64,000 nucleotides of DNA, taken from the NCBI GenBank assembly GCA_038851325.1, contig JAWCKZ010000001.1, positions 1-64,000 on the forward strand, written 5' to 3'. Source of the stretch: Candidatus Bilamarchaeaceae archaeon (GTDB lineage Archaea; Micrarchaeota; Micrarchaeia; Anstonellales; Bilamarchaeaceae). A program made the position numbers and the translations under genes. Position 1 is the first letter of the stretch. Each line of letters begins with the position of its first letter. The notes below the pieces were generated by a model. It had not been told where the DNA came from, did no database searches, and saw only the letters and a list, made by a program, of their open reading frames with translations. Shown here piece by piece: positions 47,322 through 59,031 of the stretch.

Positions 47322-49565
47322 ATGAGACTAGTGTTACTTTCCATCTTGGTTGTTTTTCTCTTATTATTTGGCTGCATCGCTGAAGAGGGGTATTCTGAAA
47401 TAAAAAAAGAGAGTATAACAAAAAGGCAGATATATGACATCGATGAGGATGGTGTTTGGGATTACGCCGTGTATACATTCTCCCCTATCAAGATAGAAAA
47501 GAAAACAGAAATACAAAGGATAGTCACAATATCAAGAATTCAGCATGCGGTGTATTCTTCCTTCTATGACATCACGGATATCGATCTTCTAACTGCAGAC
47601 GAGAAACTAAACCGCTTTTCTCAGAAGAAGAAGGCGGATGAAAATCTCTGCTTACGAAACATGGGGCTTATAGGAGTAAGATGTCCGACTGTCGAATCAT
47701 GCACTTACTTATGCAAAGCAAATTCTGGGAAGTGCAGCGAGGTAGCGGAGTACTACCCTGAAGTAATTGGGGGAAGTGCACTCTTATACACCACGAGCGG
47801 AATTTCTGTGGACCAAATGACAACAAATACGAGAAACCTAATTGTAGAACTCCGTCACGCACCAGAAGAGCAAAAGAACCTTGTTCTGAGTAATATAGAG
47901 AACATAAAAAATGAAATAGCTAATATGAATTCAAACCCGCTTGTGTCCTATCAAGAGTTCGCGCTGTGCGAACAGAGCAATTATGGAGTTGCAGACCTAA
48001 ACGCCGCAGCAGCAATAATTGGAAACTACAGCCAAGAAACAATAGGGTATAAATATAACGTTCTCCTTGTGATAAGGAACACCGACAGCAGCGCCTCAGA
48101 AAAGCTTATCGGAGCGGATGTCGAGGATGCCCTACCACCTTCGACTGCGCAGAGCGATATTTCATCTTATCAAAGGATAACCACAGAGAAGAGAGAGAAG
48201 GTGAGGTGGACACCATCAGGGGTAACTGAGAGGGGCTATGTGCTACATTACTATTTTCAATCAACCAAAGAACCTGACATTGTCCTACCGATGCTTGCAG
48301 TCCCTAATGTAAAAGTTAGGCGCCTTGATTTCACAATGGCAATGCCGATAAATTCTGTTTTTCTCCTGTTTCTTGGGATAACAAATAATGTTTATTTTGC
48401 AGCCGGTATTGCTCTAGGCATTCTATTCGCACTCCTTATTTTTCTTTACACTTTCTTTGTGCTCATAATAAAAGTCATAGAGCACAAACTCAGTGGAAAA
48501 AGATTTGCTGATGCTGTGCGGAAAGCATTTGGTCGCACAGGTATACGATGGAAACTTGACCTCCCGCTTGCGGTTATTCTTCTATTAATCGGCTTTTATG
48601 TATCCTCTTACATCGCTCCCCCAGCACCGGCCAACATTATAACTATTTTCGATGTTGCCCAAGCACTTATAGAACCTGTTGGGTTCATGGGATTTGCGCT
48701 CTCTGTAATAGGTGTTGTGCTGCTTTACGATGGAATTGAAAATCTCGCAAAGATAATAACAATAGAAAGATATTACGGTGCTATTGTACGCGAAGAGAAA
48801 CTTGATTATATGGGTAACATACGTAGATTGAAGGAGAAGCTTGAGGAATTGAAGAAGCTCGTAGAAGAGTACAGTAGTGAGGAGTTTGACGTAAGCGCGG
48901 AATATGGCATTGCCAGTGCGATATCAACTAAACGGATTGAAATGTTTGAGAAAAAGATGACACCATCTAATATAGATGCTGTTGAGGAAGCGCTTGGAAA
49001 GGTCGAAAGCGCACTTGAAAGTTTGAAGGAGCGAAAGGCTGCGGCAGATGAAAATTGGCCAAAGTGGAAGGCAACTATAGATGCACTTCTTACCGAAAAA
49101 AATGAAGTGACAACGGCCCTTTTGATGGGCATTCCAGCCTCGTTGAGAACCTGGGCGCTGACAAGATACGCAAAGGAAAAGGCTGCAGAAGGGGTTGTTT
49201 TCGAAAAAGACATCCTGAAGAAAAAGAAAGTAACAATCGATGCGCTTCTTAAAGAGATGGTAAAAAGCGGTCACTTAAAAGGAGGTATTGTAATAAAGAG
49301 CGAGAACGTTGTTGCCTCCTATATGGAAGGTGATAAGAGCCCAACTGTGCATGCTGCTCTTCTTTTTAGATTAAGAGCATACTTGCACTCACTAGGAAAA
49401 ACGCTTGCGCTCGGAACACCAGTTAGCTTCGTCTCGGTAGGGGATAAAGCAGTGTTTGTGCTTATGAAGACAATGGAGTATGAATGCGGGTTGTTTGTTC
49501 AGCGCGATGTGTTCAAGGAAGCAATCGAAAAATGGAGAACTAAGATAAAAACTGTTACGGAATAA
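47322..49565 (+). CDS. Large membrane protein: extracellular Cys domain, TM bundle, coiled coil, possible roadblock-like C-terminus
   Basis: LLFGC signal, about four TM helices, heptad-repeat region. Confidence 0.7.
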   Translation: MRLVLLSILVVFLLLFGCIAEEGYSEIKKESITKRQIYDIDEDGVWDYAVYTFSPIKIEKKTEIQRIVTISRIQHAVYSSFYDITDIDLLTADEKLNRFSQKKKADENLCLRNMGLIGVRCPTVESCTYLCKANSGKCSEVAEYYPEVIGGSALLYTTSGISVDQMTTNTRNLIVELRHAPEEQKNLVLSNIENIKNEIANMNSNPLVSYQEFALCEQSNYGVADLNAAAAIIGNYSQETIGYKYNVLLVIRNTDSSASEKLIGADVEDALPPSTAQSDISSYQRITTEKREKVRWTPSGVTERGYVLHYYFQSTKEPDIVLPMLAVPNVKVRRLDFTMAMPINSVFLLFLGITNNVYFAAGIALGILFALLIFLYTFFVLIIKVIEHKLSGKRFADAVRKAFGRTGIRWKLDLPLAVILLLIGFYVSSYIAPPAPANIITIFDVAQALIEPVGFMGFALSVIGVVLLYDGIENLAKIITIERYYGAIVREEKLDYMGNIRRLKEKLEELKKLVEEYSSEEFDVSAEYGIASAISTKRIEMFEKKMTPSNIDAVEEALGKVESALESLKERKAAADENWPKWKATIDALLTEKNEVTTALLMGIPASLRTWALTRYAKEKAAEGVVFEKDILKKKKVTIDALLKEMVKSGHLKGGIVIKSENVVASYMEGDKSPTVHAALLFRLRAYLHSLGKTLALGTPVSFVSVGDKAVFVLMKTMEYECGLFVQRDVFKEAIEKWRTKIKTVTE

Positions 49566-49738
49566 TGGGATTGAAAGTGCTTTGCAGAAAATAGAATTAA
49601 ACCTGCTAAAATCCTTTAAAACAGCGAAAAAACATACTAATTTAAAGGCTTTGAAATAATATATTAATGGCATAGTTATCGACGTAAAAACCTATTCGAA
49701 AACATATGGTTTTAGTGTCTAGTATCAGTGGTTGTCTT

Positions 49739-51628
49739 ATGAAACCGGAAGAGGAGTATACTGCAAAGGAAATTCAGATTCTGGAGGGTTTAGAGGCAGT
49801 GCGAAAAAGGCCTGCAATGTACATTGGAGATACTGGCAAAAGGGGGTTCCACCACCTACTTTTTGAAGTGCTTGATAACAGCATCGATGAAGCGCTTGCA
49901 GGATACTGTAAAAACATCGAGGTAACTATATACAGGGATGGGTCTGCGTCTGTTGCTGATGATGGCCGCGGGATACCGGTCGAGATGCACGAGAGCGGTA
50001 AGTCGGCACTTGAGGTTGTTACCACTATATTGCACGCAGGCGGAAAGTTTGAAAAAAAAGCGTACAGAATAAGCGGGGGGCTTCACGGGGTTGGTATTTC
50101 AGTTGTCAATGCACTCAGCGAAAGAATGGAGGTCGAGGTCCATAGAGGGGGAAAGGTGCACGTCCAAGGGTATGCGCGGGGAAAACCGACCTCTGATGTC
50201 AGAGTCGTAGGTGAAACAAACAAACGCGGAACCGTGGTACGTTTTAAACCAGACCCAACAATATTTGGCGGGATACAGTTCGACTTCGACTACTTAAAGG
50301 AAAGGTTAATGGAGCTTGCTTATCTAAACGCTGGCTTACGTATCGTTTTTGTTGATGAGAGAGTCGGAACTACAGAAACATTTTATTACGAAGGAGGAAT
50401 AAAAGAGTTTGTAGAGCATCTCAATAGAGCAAAGACAAAACTCCATTCAGTAATCCATTACAAAAAAACAGAAGACAGTGTAGAGATAGAATACGCACTC
50501 CAATACACAAACAGCTATACAGAAATGATGTATTCTTTTGTGAATAATATCCACACCATAGAAGGCGGAACACATCTATCTGGTTTTAAAGCTGCGCTGA
50601 CTAGAGCAATTAATGAGTATGTGAGTTCGAGAGGGCTCGCGAAGAGCGAGAGCAAGATAAAAGGGGAAGACGTTCTTGAGGGGCTTACTGCTGTGCTCAA
50701 TCTCAGGATTCCGGAGCCGCAATTCGAAGGCCAGACAAAAACGAAGCTCGGAAACAGCGAGATAAAAGGTGTGGTCGATAGTTTTGTTTACGAGTCTCTC
50801 ACTCGCTATTTTGAAGAGCATCCCGACGACTCCAAAGCAATAATAACAAAGGTCCTAAGCTCAATGGAAGCACGAGAGGCGGCTCAGAAGGCAAAGGAAT
50901 TGATAAGAAGGAAGAGTGTTTTCGAATCAAGTATTCTTCCAGGAAAGTTGGCTGATTGCACAGAGTCGGATCCTGCGAAGGCAGAGCTTTTCCTTGTTGA
51001 AGGCGAAAGTGCTGGAGGGAGCTCAAAGCAAGCGAGGGATAGAAGGCATCAAGCAATTCTTCCACTGCGTGGAAAGATACTGAACATCGAGAAAGCACCG
51101 CTCCATCGCGCGCTTGCAAACGAGGAAATAAAAGCAATAGCACTTGCGCTGGGCGCTGGTTTTAAAGAAGAGTTTGATCTAAGTAAACTCCGCTATCATA
51201 AATGCATAATAATGACGGATGCTGACGTCGATGGAAGCCACATAAGAACGCTGTTGCTTACTCTTTTCTATCGCTATTTCCGACCACTAATCGAGAAAGG
51301 CCACCTTTACATCGCTCAGCCCCCGCTGTATAGAATTAAGAGAGGAAAGACAGTTGTGTATGCGTACAGCGATGACGAACTTCAGAGGATATTGAGAGAG
51401 GGTGGGGAGGGCGCTGAGATACAAAGATATAAAGGTCTTGGTGAGATGAACCCAGAACAGCTATGGGAGACGACCATGGACCCTGCTCGACGGACCCTCA
51501 AACAAGTAACGATAAAGGATGCGATGCTGGCTGATGAACTTTTCTCAGTTCTAATGGGCGCCGAGGTTGAGCCGAGAAGGGAATTCATAGAGAAGCATGC
51601 AGCAGAGGTAAAGAATCTCGATATATAA
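49739..51628 (+). CDS. gyrB: DNA gyrase subunit B
   Basis: [43 protein letters not shown]. Confidence 0.97.
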   Translation: MKPEEEYTAKEIQILEGLEAVRKRPAMYIGDTGKRGFHHLLFEVLDNSIDEALAGYCKNIEVTIYRDGSASVADDGRGIPVEMHESGKSALEVVTTILHAGGKFEKKAYRISGGLHGVGISVVNALSERMEVEVHRGGKVHVQGYARGKPTSDVRVVGETNKRGTVVRFKPDPTIFGGIQFDFDYLKERLMELAYLNAGLRIVFVDERVGTTETFYYEGGIKEFVEHLNRAKTKLHSVIHYKKTEDSVEIEYALQYTNSYTEMMYSFVNNIHTIEGGTHLSGFKAALTRAINEYVSSRGLAKSESKIKGEDVLEGLTAVLNLRIPEPQFEGQTKTKLGNSEIKGVVDSFVYESLTRYFEEHPDDSKAIITKVLSSMEAREAAQKAKELIRRKSVFESSILPGKLADCTESDPAKAELFLVEGESAGGSSKQARDRRHQAILPLRGKILNIEKAPLHRALANEEIKAIALALGAGFKEEFDLSKLRYHKCIIMTDADVDGSHIRTLLLTLFYRYFRPLIEKGHLYIAQPPLYRIKRGKTVVYAYSDDELQRILREGGEGAEIQRYKGLGEMNPEQLWETTMDPARRTLKQVTIKDAMLADELFSVLMGAEVEPRREFIEKHAAEVKNLDI

Positions 51629-51638
51629 AGGTGAACAA

Positions 51639-54086
51639 ATGGCAGAGACCATTATGCCTAGGACAATCGAAGAAGATATGCGCGAGTCGTATTTAGATTA
51701 TTCCATGAGTGTAATCGTTGGAAGAGCATTGCCTGACATCAGAGACGGGCTAAAGCCGGTTCATCGCAGGATTCTTTATGGAATGTACCAACTTGGAAAC
51801 TATCACAATAAGCCGTTCAAAAAAAGCGCAAGAATCGTCGGTGAGATATTAGGAAAATTTCATCCTCACGGAGATGCGGCGGTATATGATGCGCTCGTCC
51901 GCCTAGCGCAGGACTTTTCTCTCAGATATCCGCTGGTGGATGGCCAGGGTAACATGGGTTCGCTTGATGGAGACCCGCCCGCTGCGCAACGTTATACCGA
52001 AGTGCGCATGGCGAGAATAGCAGAGGAAATGCTTGAGGAAATAGAAAAGGATACTGTGGACTTCGTCCCAAATTTTGATGGAACCTTAAAAGAACCAACC
52101 GTGCTCCCATCAAAAATACCGAATCTTTTGATCAACGGTTCCTCTGGAATAGCAGTTGGAATGGCAACGAGCATCCCGCCCCACAATGTCAGCGAGATTA
52201 TAGATGCCATCATCGCAGTTATAGATGGCGCGGACCAAGAAACTGTTTTAAACATTGTACGCGGCCCTGATTTTCCAACAGGCGGGATAATAGTCGGGAG
52301 AGCGGGGATACACCAGGCATACAGGACAGGAAAAGGAACAATTAGAGTAAGAGGAAAAACTGAAATAGACCAGGAGAAGAATGCGATAGTAATAACTGAA
52401 ATACCATATCAGATGACAAAAACAGCGCTCATAGAAGGAATAGTAGAAGCAGTTAAAGCAAAAAAGGTAGAAGGAATTGCAGGAATAAATGATTACTCCG
52501 ATAAGAAAGGTCTTGCAATTACAATAGGATTAAAGAAAGGGGTTGATCCAAATGTTGTTCTTAATCAACTTCACGCCCATACCCCGCTTGAGAGCACGTA
52601 TGGGATAATAAACCTCGCACTTGTTGGGAAAAGGCCAAAACTGCTCGATCTCTATTCAATGATAAACGAGTTTGTAGAATTCAGAAAAGAGGTAGTAAGA
52701 AGAAGATGTGTATTTGAATTGAAAGAAGCAGAGGAAAGAGCGCACATACTTGAAGGGTTGCGCGTAGCACTTGAGCACATTGACCCGATTGTTGCCTTCC
52801 TCAAAAAGTCGAGAGACGTGAATGAAGCACGCGCTGTGCTCATGAAGACCTATTCTCTCAGTGAAAAACAGGCAAATGCTATCTTAGACATGAAACTACA
52901 GAGATTAACAGGACTCGAGAGAGAGAAGATAGAGCAGGAGTTCTCTGCCTTGCAGGAAAAGATAAAGTGGTTGAAAGAAGTCTTGGGCGATGTAAAACGG
53001 ATACTTGAGATAATAAAAAAAGAGCTTCTAGAATTAAAGAGCAGATATGGTGATGAGAGAAGAACCAAAATCGTGGAAGCAGAAGAAGAAACTGTAACGG
53101 AGGCGCTTGTGCCAAATAAAGAGGTAGTTGTAGTGATAACAAATAAAGGGTATGTAAAGCGCGTTGACTTAAATGAATACAGGGCGCAACGAAGGGGCGG
53201 CAGAGGGGTAATAGGTGCAGAGACACATGAGGATGATTTTGTAAGGGACATCATAACAACAAAAAACCATAATTATATCATGTTCTTCACTGACAAAGGA
53301 CGTGTCCACTGGCTCAAGGTATACCAGATCCCAGAAAGTGGGAGGTATGCCACTGGCAGGATGATAGTCAACCTGTTAGACTTGAAAGATGAGAGCATAA
53401 CATCATGGATAAGCGTACCGCAATTCAGTCCAAATGAATTCCTTTTAATGGTCACAAAAAACGGAATTGTGAAAAGGATATCATTAGATAATTTCAGCAA
53501 ACCGAGAAAAGGAGGGATAATCGCTATAACGCTAAAAGAGGGAGATATTTTAAAAGATGTCATAAAGACGACTGGAAACGATGATATTCTTATAGCAACA
53601 AAAACTGGGCAGGCGATCAGGTTCAAAGAAACAGATGCACGTGAGATAGGAAGAACAGCACAAGGTGTAATAGGGATAAGGTTAAGAGAAGGGGATGAGG
53701 TCATCGGAGCTGCTGCTTGCAGAAAGCCAACACTACTTACAATAACGGAAAATGGATATGGAAAAAGAACAGATATAGGTGAGTATCGTTTGCAGGGCAG
53801 AGGAGGACATGGTGTGATAAATATAAAGACAGAGGGAAGAAATGGAATGGTAGTTGGGGTAGCCGCTGTTAGCGACAGTGACGAAATAATAGTAATTTGT
53901 TCAAAGGGAAAAAGCATAAGAGTGCCCGTGGCTGACATTTCTGTCATCGGAAGAAACACGCAGGGAGTTCGAATAATAAGACTTGAGGAAGATGAAAAGG
54001 TATCGAGCTTCGCTGTCGTTGCAAACGAACATGAAGGCGAACATGAAGAGGAGCAACCTATAGAAAGCCAGAAAGCCCAGGCTTAA
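51639..54086 (+). CDS. gyrA: DNA gyrase subunit A
   Basis: [21 protein letters not shown], GyrA-box QRRGGRG, pinwheel repeats. Confidence 0.97.
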   Translation: MAETIMPRTIEEDMRESYLDYSMSVIVGRALPDIRDGLKPVHRRILYGMYQLGNYHNKPFKKSARIVGEILGKFHPHGDAAVYDALVRLAQDFSLRYPLVDGQGNMGSLDGDPPAAQRYTEVRMARIAEEMLEEIEKDTVDFVPNFDGTLKEPTVLPSKIPNLLINGSSGIAVGMATSIPPHNVSEIIDAIIAVIDGADQETVLNIVRGPDFPTGGIIVGRAGIHQAYRTGKGTIRVRGKTEIDQEKNAIVITEIPYQMTKTALIEGIVEAVKAKKVEGIAGINDYSDKKGLAITIGLKKGVDPNVVLNQLHAHTPLESTYGIINLALVGKRPKLLDLYSMINEFVEFRKEVVRRRCVFELKEAEERAHILEGLRVALEHIDPIVAFLKKSRDVNEARAVLMKTYSLSEKQANAILDMKLQRLTGLEREKIEQEFSALQEKIKWLKEVLGDVKRILEIIKKELLELKSRYGDERRTKIVEAEEETVTEALVPNKEVVVVITNKGYVKRVDLNEYRAQRRGGRGVIGAETHEDDFVRDIITTKNHNYIMFFTDKGRVHWLKVYQIPESGRYATGRMIVNLLDLKDESITSWISVPQFSPNEFLLMVTKNGIVKRISLDNFSKPRKGGIIAITLKEGDILKDVIKTTGNDDILIATKTGQAIRFKETDAREIGRTAQGVIGIRLREGDEVIGAAACRKPTLLTITENGYGKRTDIGEYRLQGRGGHGVINIKTEGRNGMVVGVAAVSDSDEIIVICSKGKSIRVPVADISVIGRNTQGVRIIRLEEDEKVSSFAVVANEHEGEHEEEQPIESQKAQA

Positions 54087-54849
54087 TCCGCAGTCCATCT
54101 CTTGCAGCTATGGTTCTTATCCCAGTCGCATTTTCTATTATTCTCGCCTGATTCTCAGGCCCTGCTCTTAGCATGGAAAGACCAAAATGGCTTATGATAG
54201 CAGTCTTTGGCTTTGCCTCTTTTAGTATCTCTATTCCATGCGCGGTCTCGAGATGGTCTGGTATGCCATCAAATTCTGGCTTTAGCACGTTTATAATAAG
54301 ATAATCGCAATTTTTGAAGAGCTTTGGGAGTGCACCAAAGAATTCTGTATCGCTAGTATAACCAACTGTTATGTTCTCGATTTTTAATTTAAAACCGAAG
54401 GCTGTTGGTTCGTCATGTTTTATTTTTACGAATTCCATTTCAAACTCTCCTTTTTTTGTTTTGAATGTTTTCCTTTCTAAATCATTTTCAAGCTTAGGTG
54501 CATAAACCTCTTCGCAGCGCCCAAGATGATATTTTGTTATATACCTCTCGCTGCCCTCGATAACATCTCTGCTTCCTATGAGTATCCCTTTCTTCTTAAG
54601 CGCATAATTACTCATTGCCTCTATCATGACATTCGCATCATTGCAATGGTCTATATGCCCGTGCGTTACTATTATTCCGTCTAGCTTTAACGGATTTTCT
54701 TTCATTTGATTGCTGCGCAGGAGCGCCCCAGGCCCGGGATCGACATGAATGTTTGCCGCGGTCGAGTTTATTCTGAAGCCTCCTGTCCACCGAACTTGTC
54801 TTATCAGGTTTATCCTTCCACCACCAGTCCCAAGAAAGACTATCTCCAT
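54058..54849 (-). CDS. Metallo-beta-lactamase fold hydrolase
   Basis: FLGTGGG, DPGPG, THGHIDH. Confidence 0.9.
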   Translation of the reverse strand: MEIVFLGTGGGRINLIRQVRWTGGFRINSTAANIHVDPGPGALLRSNQMKENPLKLDGIIVTHGHIDHCNDANVMIEAMSNYALKKKGILIGSRDVIEGSERYITKYHLGRCEEVYAPKLENDLERKTFKTKKGEFEMEFVKIKHDEPTAFGFKLKIENITVGYTSDTEFFGALPKLFKNCDYLIINVLKPEFDGIPDHLETAHGIEILKEAKPKTAIISHFGLSMLRAGPENQARIIENATGIRTIAARDGLRIKPGLSGFL

Positions 54850-54865
54850 ACCGCACAAACTCCTA

Positions 54866-55411
54866 TTATGGCTGCGCTTCTCTCCTACTTCTTGCATCAT
54901 CAACGATGGCAAGCCAGGAATCGCTTATCTTCATTAAGTAGTTTCCGAATGTTTTGCTCAAGCTTATGCGCATCGGTCTAAATTTTCGTTTACTCTCGAG
55001 CGCAACGACTGTTTCTCGTTCTATCTTTATCATTCCAACACGTCTAAGCCTCGGAAGAACACGGTTATAGAACGTAGCTTTTGAAATATTCTTTTCTGAT
55101 ATGAACGCTGCTAGGTCTCTTCCTTCAAGATTAGCCCTGGCTGTGAGCAAAGTCATAAAATCAGTAGCAATCTGGTGATACCGTTCTTGATATTTTTTTG
55201 GAAAAACAAAGTTCAACACTTCATCAAGGTTCCAAAGATTTTTGGTTGGGCTTTCGGATTCATCTTGAAATTTTCTTACATCTGAGTATGGTGGGAAGTA
55301 TAAGGATTCTGAAGATGGAATTCCTCTTGAGGCAATTCCTTTATAGATAGGGGTTCTCTGTTCGGACTCGTTTGAAGGTTCGCTCAAAATCTCACCCGAA
55401 GATTGAACCAA
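54866..55411 (-). CDS. Hypothetical winged-helix protein
   Basis: ISKATFYNRVLPRLRRVGMI; start uncertain. Confidence 0.65.
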   Translation of the reverse strand: MVQSSGEILSEPSNESEQRTPIYKGIASRGIPSSESLYFPPYSDVRKFQDESESPTKNLWNLDEVLNFVFPKKYQERYHQIATDFMTLLTARANLEGRDLAAFISEKNISKATFYNRVLPRLRRVGMIKIERETVVALESKRKFRPMRISLSKTFGNYLMKISDSWLAIVDDARSRREAQP

Positions 55412-55700
55412 GTCCGGACTCTGCAGATTCCTCCTCGCTCTTTATTTTTTCTATTACCCTCTTCTCTTTTTCGCCTGTAAGCGGCTGCGCGATTTCTTTC
55501 AACCTTTCATCCGCTTTTTTAATGAAATCCGGCTGAGCTGAAAGATAAACATAAATCACATCCTTGCTCTCGCCGAGAGAAGCGCCGTCACGCATGCGAT
55601 AACCGATTCGCGCAAAGCTATCTTGCGCGTAAGGGTCTGCCTCAAGAATCTTTTTTAGTTCACCTTTTTTTGCTTGTTGCACCTCGTATACTCTTTCCAT
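55392..55700 (-). CDS. Conserved hypothetical protein
   Basis: C-terminal EEESAESGLGSIFG; operon context. Confidence 0.7.
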   Translation of the reverse strand: MERVYEVQQAKKGELKKILEADPYAQDSFARIGYRMRDGASLGESKDVIYVYLSAQPDFIKKADERLKEIAQPLTGEKEKRVIEKIKSEEESAESGLGSIFG

Positions 55701-55708
55701 GCAAACAC

Positions 55709-56443
55709 CTACTTCGTTTCCAGAACCATTTCTATAAGCGCAGCATATGCTATTGGAAAGGTGCAGAATAGAGAAATGAATTGTACTATTGGAATGAGAT
55801 TTAGAACCCATGCAAGCGAAAAGAGCGCAAACGTTATAAGAAAATAGATGTGTCTTTTCGTTATGAGAACATAAATCATCCTAAAAGCCTCGAAAGTGCT
55901 TTTCTCTCCAAGACCGCAAGTTATTATTGCAGGCATAGCAATAAGGCGCATCAGAAACACGACCCCTAACGCATAAACCGCAAACAATACATCCACATAC
56001 TCGTATTCAAACCAGCCTAGGTAGTAGAGCAAACCGCCCACACCTCCAACAGCCAGAGCGGTGAACACCTCGCGCATGAGGGTTATTCCAAACATAACTG
56101 GGGCTTTGCTCAAAAGGTAGTTATAGAAATCGAGAAGGCTGGTCTTCGCACTTCGCATCGCATTTTTATATACCAAGACCATCGCTGCCGTAATGCCACC
56201 AGTAAAATACACAAGATATATGAAAAGAATTAGACCAAGCCCGATCACAACAGGGGAGTCATATGTCAACGGATAATCGGCAAGGAACGATATTATGAGC
56301 GTAAGCATCACAATCCCAAGCGCCGAAAGAAAAAATAAAAGGATAAAAAAAACATAGAGGACAGAGCCCCACATAAAAAGGAATGGTTTATCAGTATAGA
56401 GAGCGAATGCCTTACTTAACTCTCGCATTAAACCCCACCTCAT
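55709..56443 (-). CDS. Hypothetical multi-TM membrane protein
   Basis: About six TM helices. Confidence 0.7.
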   Translation of the reverse strand: MRWGLMRELSKAFALYTDKPFLFMWGSVLYVFFILLFFLSALGIVMLTLIISFLADYPLTYDSPVVIGLGLILFIYLVYFTGGITAAMVLVYKNAMRSAKTSLLDFYNYLLSKAPVMFGITLMREVFTALAVGGVGGLLYYLGWFEYEYVDVLFAVYALGVVFLMRLIAMPAIITCGLGEKSTFEAFRMIYVLITKRHIYFLITFALFSLAWVLNLIPIVQFISLFCTFPIAYAALIEMVLETK

Positions 56444-56838
56444 TTCTTTTTAACAACTACTGGTGGCGGCGCTATATGGGGCGGAAGATTAAATATCCTC
56501 AAAATAAAAAGTGCGTTATAACTTACGAACGGGTTTATTGCATTTAATATAGTTGCACCAGTTTCTTCATCTAGCCTATGCTTTTCCTTCCACATCTTTA
56601 TTATCTTATCCAGCTCTTCGGGCGCCTCTGTTATAAGCGCATCACCGGTAAGCTGAAGAACGGCAGTATTTGGAGCATAGCTAACGGTGTAGGTAAAGCC
56701 GACATTAGCCACGCCGAGCTGCTCCTTTGCCCTTGTTATCTTATCTATCTTAAGGTCGATTGTTATTCCTTTTGGCGGAACGTCCTCTTTTATCTTAACT
56801 GTTCCCTCGTTCAGCTTTATTCCAATAAGCCCTATCAT
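56440..56838 (-). CDS. Conserved archaeal hypothetical protein, paralog of 44542-44928
   Basis: See shared motif pattern; GGTGA RBS. Confidence 0.7.
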   Translation of the reverse strand: MIGLIGIKLNEGTVKIKEDVPPKGITIDLKIDKITRAKEQLGVANVGFTYTVSYAPNTAVLQLTGDALITEAPEELDKIIKMWKEKHRLDEETGATILNAINPFVSYNALFILRIFNLPPHIAPPPVVVKKK

Positions 56839-56903
56839 ACCTTCACCTTTTACGATCTGTTCTATGATGGAGACTGATATTTAAAAGGGTTTCTCTGAGC
56901 TAT

Positions 56904-58079
56904 TTATACATTGTCCCTAACCACAACATAGAACGCCAAAAGCGCTGCAAGCGCTACGAATGCGGAAAATAAAAATGGTGCGGGCGCGCCAAGGATACTT
57001 ATTTCCCATAGCATTCCTGCTATAAAATTACTTGGTAGAGCAACAATACCAAGCAGCGCCCTGTAGAAACCGACCGTGCTTGCATAACCGCCCTCCTCCG
57101 TTCCTCTCACTAGATAAGCAAGTGGAACGGTTTCGAATACAGCCATACTAATTCCAAGCACGATGAAGTTGGCCAAGATGAGCATCGGCACTCTGATGTA
57201 CGCAAATACAAGCATCCCTATTGCGAATAAGATAATTCCTAACATTATAATTTTTCTCTCGTTCATGATCTTAAGCAGATAAGGAGCGGAAAATGAGAAA
57301 GACGCGAAGGAGGCAAGGTAAGCAAGATAAAGAATCGGAACGAATACCAAATCGAAGAATCGCCCTCCCCAAGCAAGTAGGAGAAGCACGCTAAACTGAC
57401 CAAGAGCGAAAAGTGCCATCACAGTTGAAAGTCTTTTTACCCTTTCATTTTTCAACAGCCGCGTTACATTGATTGCGAAAGGAACTGCTCGCGCCTCTTT
57501 TTCCTTAAGCAGCAATAGCACAACAACACCAAGAACTGCCGGCATGAAGGCAATCGTAAAAAGAAATCTATAAGAGTCGATGCCATGCGTGTTATTGAAA
57601 AATAGCGCAATCAATGCTGCTGACAGGATAGGCCCTAGCATTGCACCAGCAGTATCCATCAACTTTCTAAATCCGAACGCAGCCTCCAAATTTTCCTTTT
57701 TCTCGGATAGCGCAATAAGCGCATCCCTTGGGCTTTCTCTTATTCCCTTTCCTACACGCTCTATTACCCTAAAGAAAACCACTTGCGGCCAGATAGTTGC
57801 ATAAATAAGAAACATTTTGAACAGCGCTGACAAAGAGTAACCGAATATAACAATGGATTTTCGCTTTCCCAATTTGTCTGAATAAAGACCGAAAAAAAGA
57901 GCAGTTATAGCTGCTGCAAATTCACCAAGGCCTTCCATCAAAGTTACGACTATCACGGGCGAACCAAGGGTAACAGTCAAGAAAAATGGGAGGAGGGGAA
58001 ATATCATCTCGCTGCTTACATCAACAAGAAAACTTGCAACACTGGCGACTACAGTGTTTCTGCTCAATTTCGGATGCAT
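56904..58079 (-). CDS. MFS transporter
   Basis: DVSSEMI, GLYSDKLGKRK, ERVGKGIR..PRDA; about 12 TM helices. Confidence 0.9.
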   Translation of the reverse strand: MHPKLSRNTVVASVASFLVDVSSEMIFPLLPFFLTVTLGSPVIVVTLMEGLGEFAAAITALFFGLYSDKLGKRKSIVIFGYSLSALFKMFLIYATIWPQVVFFRVIERVGKGIRESPRDALIALSEKKENLEAAFGFRKLMDTAGAMLGPILSAALIALFFNNTHGIDSYRFLFTIAFMPAVLGVVVLLLLKEKEARAVPFAINVTRLLKNERVKRLSTVMALFALGQFSVLLLLAWGGRFFDLVFVPILYLAYLASFASFSFSAPYLLKIMNERKIIMLGIILFAIGMLVFAYIRVPMLILANFIVLGISMAVFETVPLAYLVRGTEEGGYASTVGFYRALLGIVALPSNFIAGMLWEISILGAPAPFLFSAFVALAALLAFYVVVRDNV

Positions 58080-58137
58080 GAAGTATTAATTTACGATAGT
58101 GTTAAAATATTTGTCTAAAAGAAACGAATGTGATAAA

Positions 58138-58929
58138 ATGAATGTTTTGATTAAGTGCACAACAAAAGTTATCTTTGCAGTGCTGTTTCTGGCACTCATA
58201 TTCAATTATGGTTGCCTCAACCAGGAAAAGCAAACTAAAGAGAACAGATGGATAGCACAGAGCGGCATGGTCATAGAATCGAATGCAAGTGCAATTGTAA
58301 TATCAGCGCCAAACTGCACTGCGTGTGACTTTGCTGATTATGTTCTTATGATTGTGGATAGAGAGGCTCCAGGAATAGCACCAACAGAAATAGAACGACT
58401 TGACCACGCCAGCCCTAAGGCAAGAGCTCTGATATCCAGGTATAAAATAGAAAAACTTCCAGTGGTGATACTACAAAAGGAGACAGAATGGGATCCTCGT
58501 ATGCTATCACTGTGGTCAGCGCAGTTCGGAACACTCGAAGACGACAATTCGCTTATTCTAAGAGATATCTATCCGCCATACTATGATTTAAAGTCCGGTC
58601 AATTAAAAGGATTTGTTACGATAAAACTAATCGTAAATAAGTCCTGCACTGAGTGCTACGATGTCGACAGCTTCACGAATGATATGATAAGCGTTTTCAA
58701 ATTCATTGCCACAAAAAAAGAGATCGACATCGAAAGCGATGAGGGGAAGCAGTTTGTTGCGCAATATCATATAGATAAGATTCCAACATTCGCGCTCTCA
58801 TCTGATGCAGCAGAATACCCAGGCTTTAATGATTTTTGGCTATCAAAGAATAATACTATTGAAAGCGATGGATGGTTTGTCTTTAGAGCAGTAGACCAGC
58901 TCGGTGCTTACTATATAAAACTGGAATAG
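58138..58929 (+). CDS. Exported protein with two thioredoxin-like CxxC domains
   Basis: YGC lipobox-like motif; CTAC and CTEC; Y.I.K.P repeats. Confidence 0.7.
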   Translation: MNVLIKCTTKVIFAVLFLALIFNYGCLNQEKQTKENRWIAQSGMVIESNASAIVISAPNCTACDFADYVLMIVDREAPGIAPTEIERLDHASPKARALISRYKIEKLPVVILQKETEWDPRMLSLWSAQFGTLEDDNSLILRDIYPPYYDLKSGQLKGFVTIKLIVNKSCTECYDVDSFTNDMISVFKFIATKKEIDIESDEGKQFVAQYHIDKIPTFALSSDAAEYPGFNDFWLSKNNTIESDGWFVFRAVDQLGAYYIKLE

Positions 58930-59031
58930 AAATAAGAGTGGGAACAAGAAATGAGAGAGCTGGATGAAGAAGATGAAGAATCTGATTTTGAGGAAGAATA
59001 AAATAAAAGAAAAAAGGAAAGAAAGGAAAAA

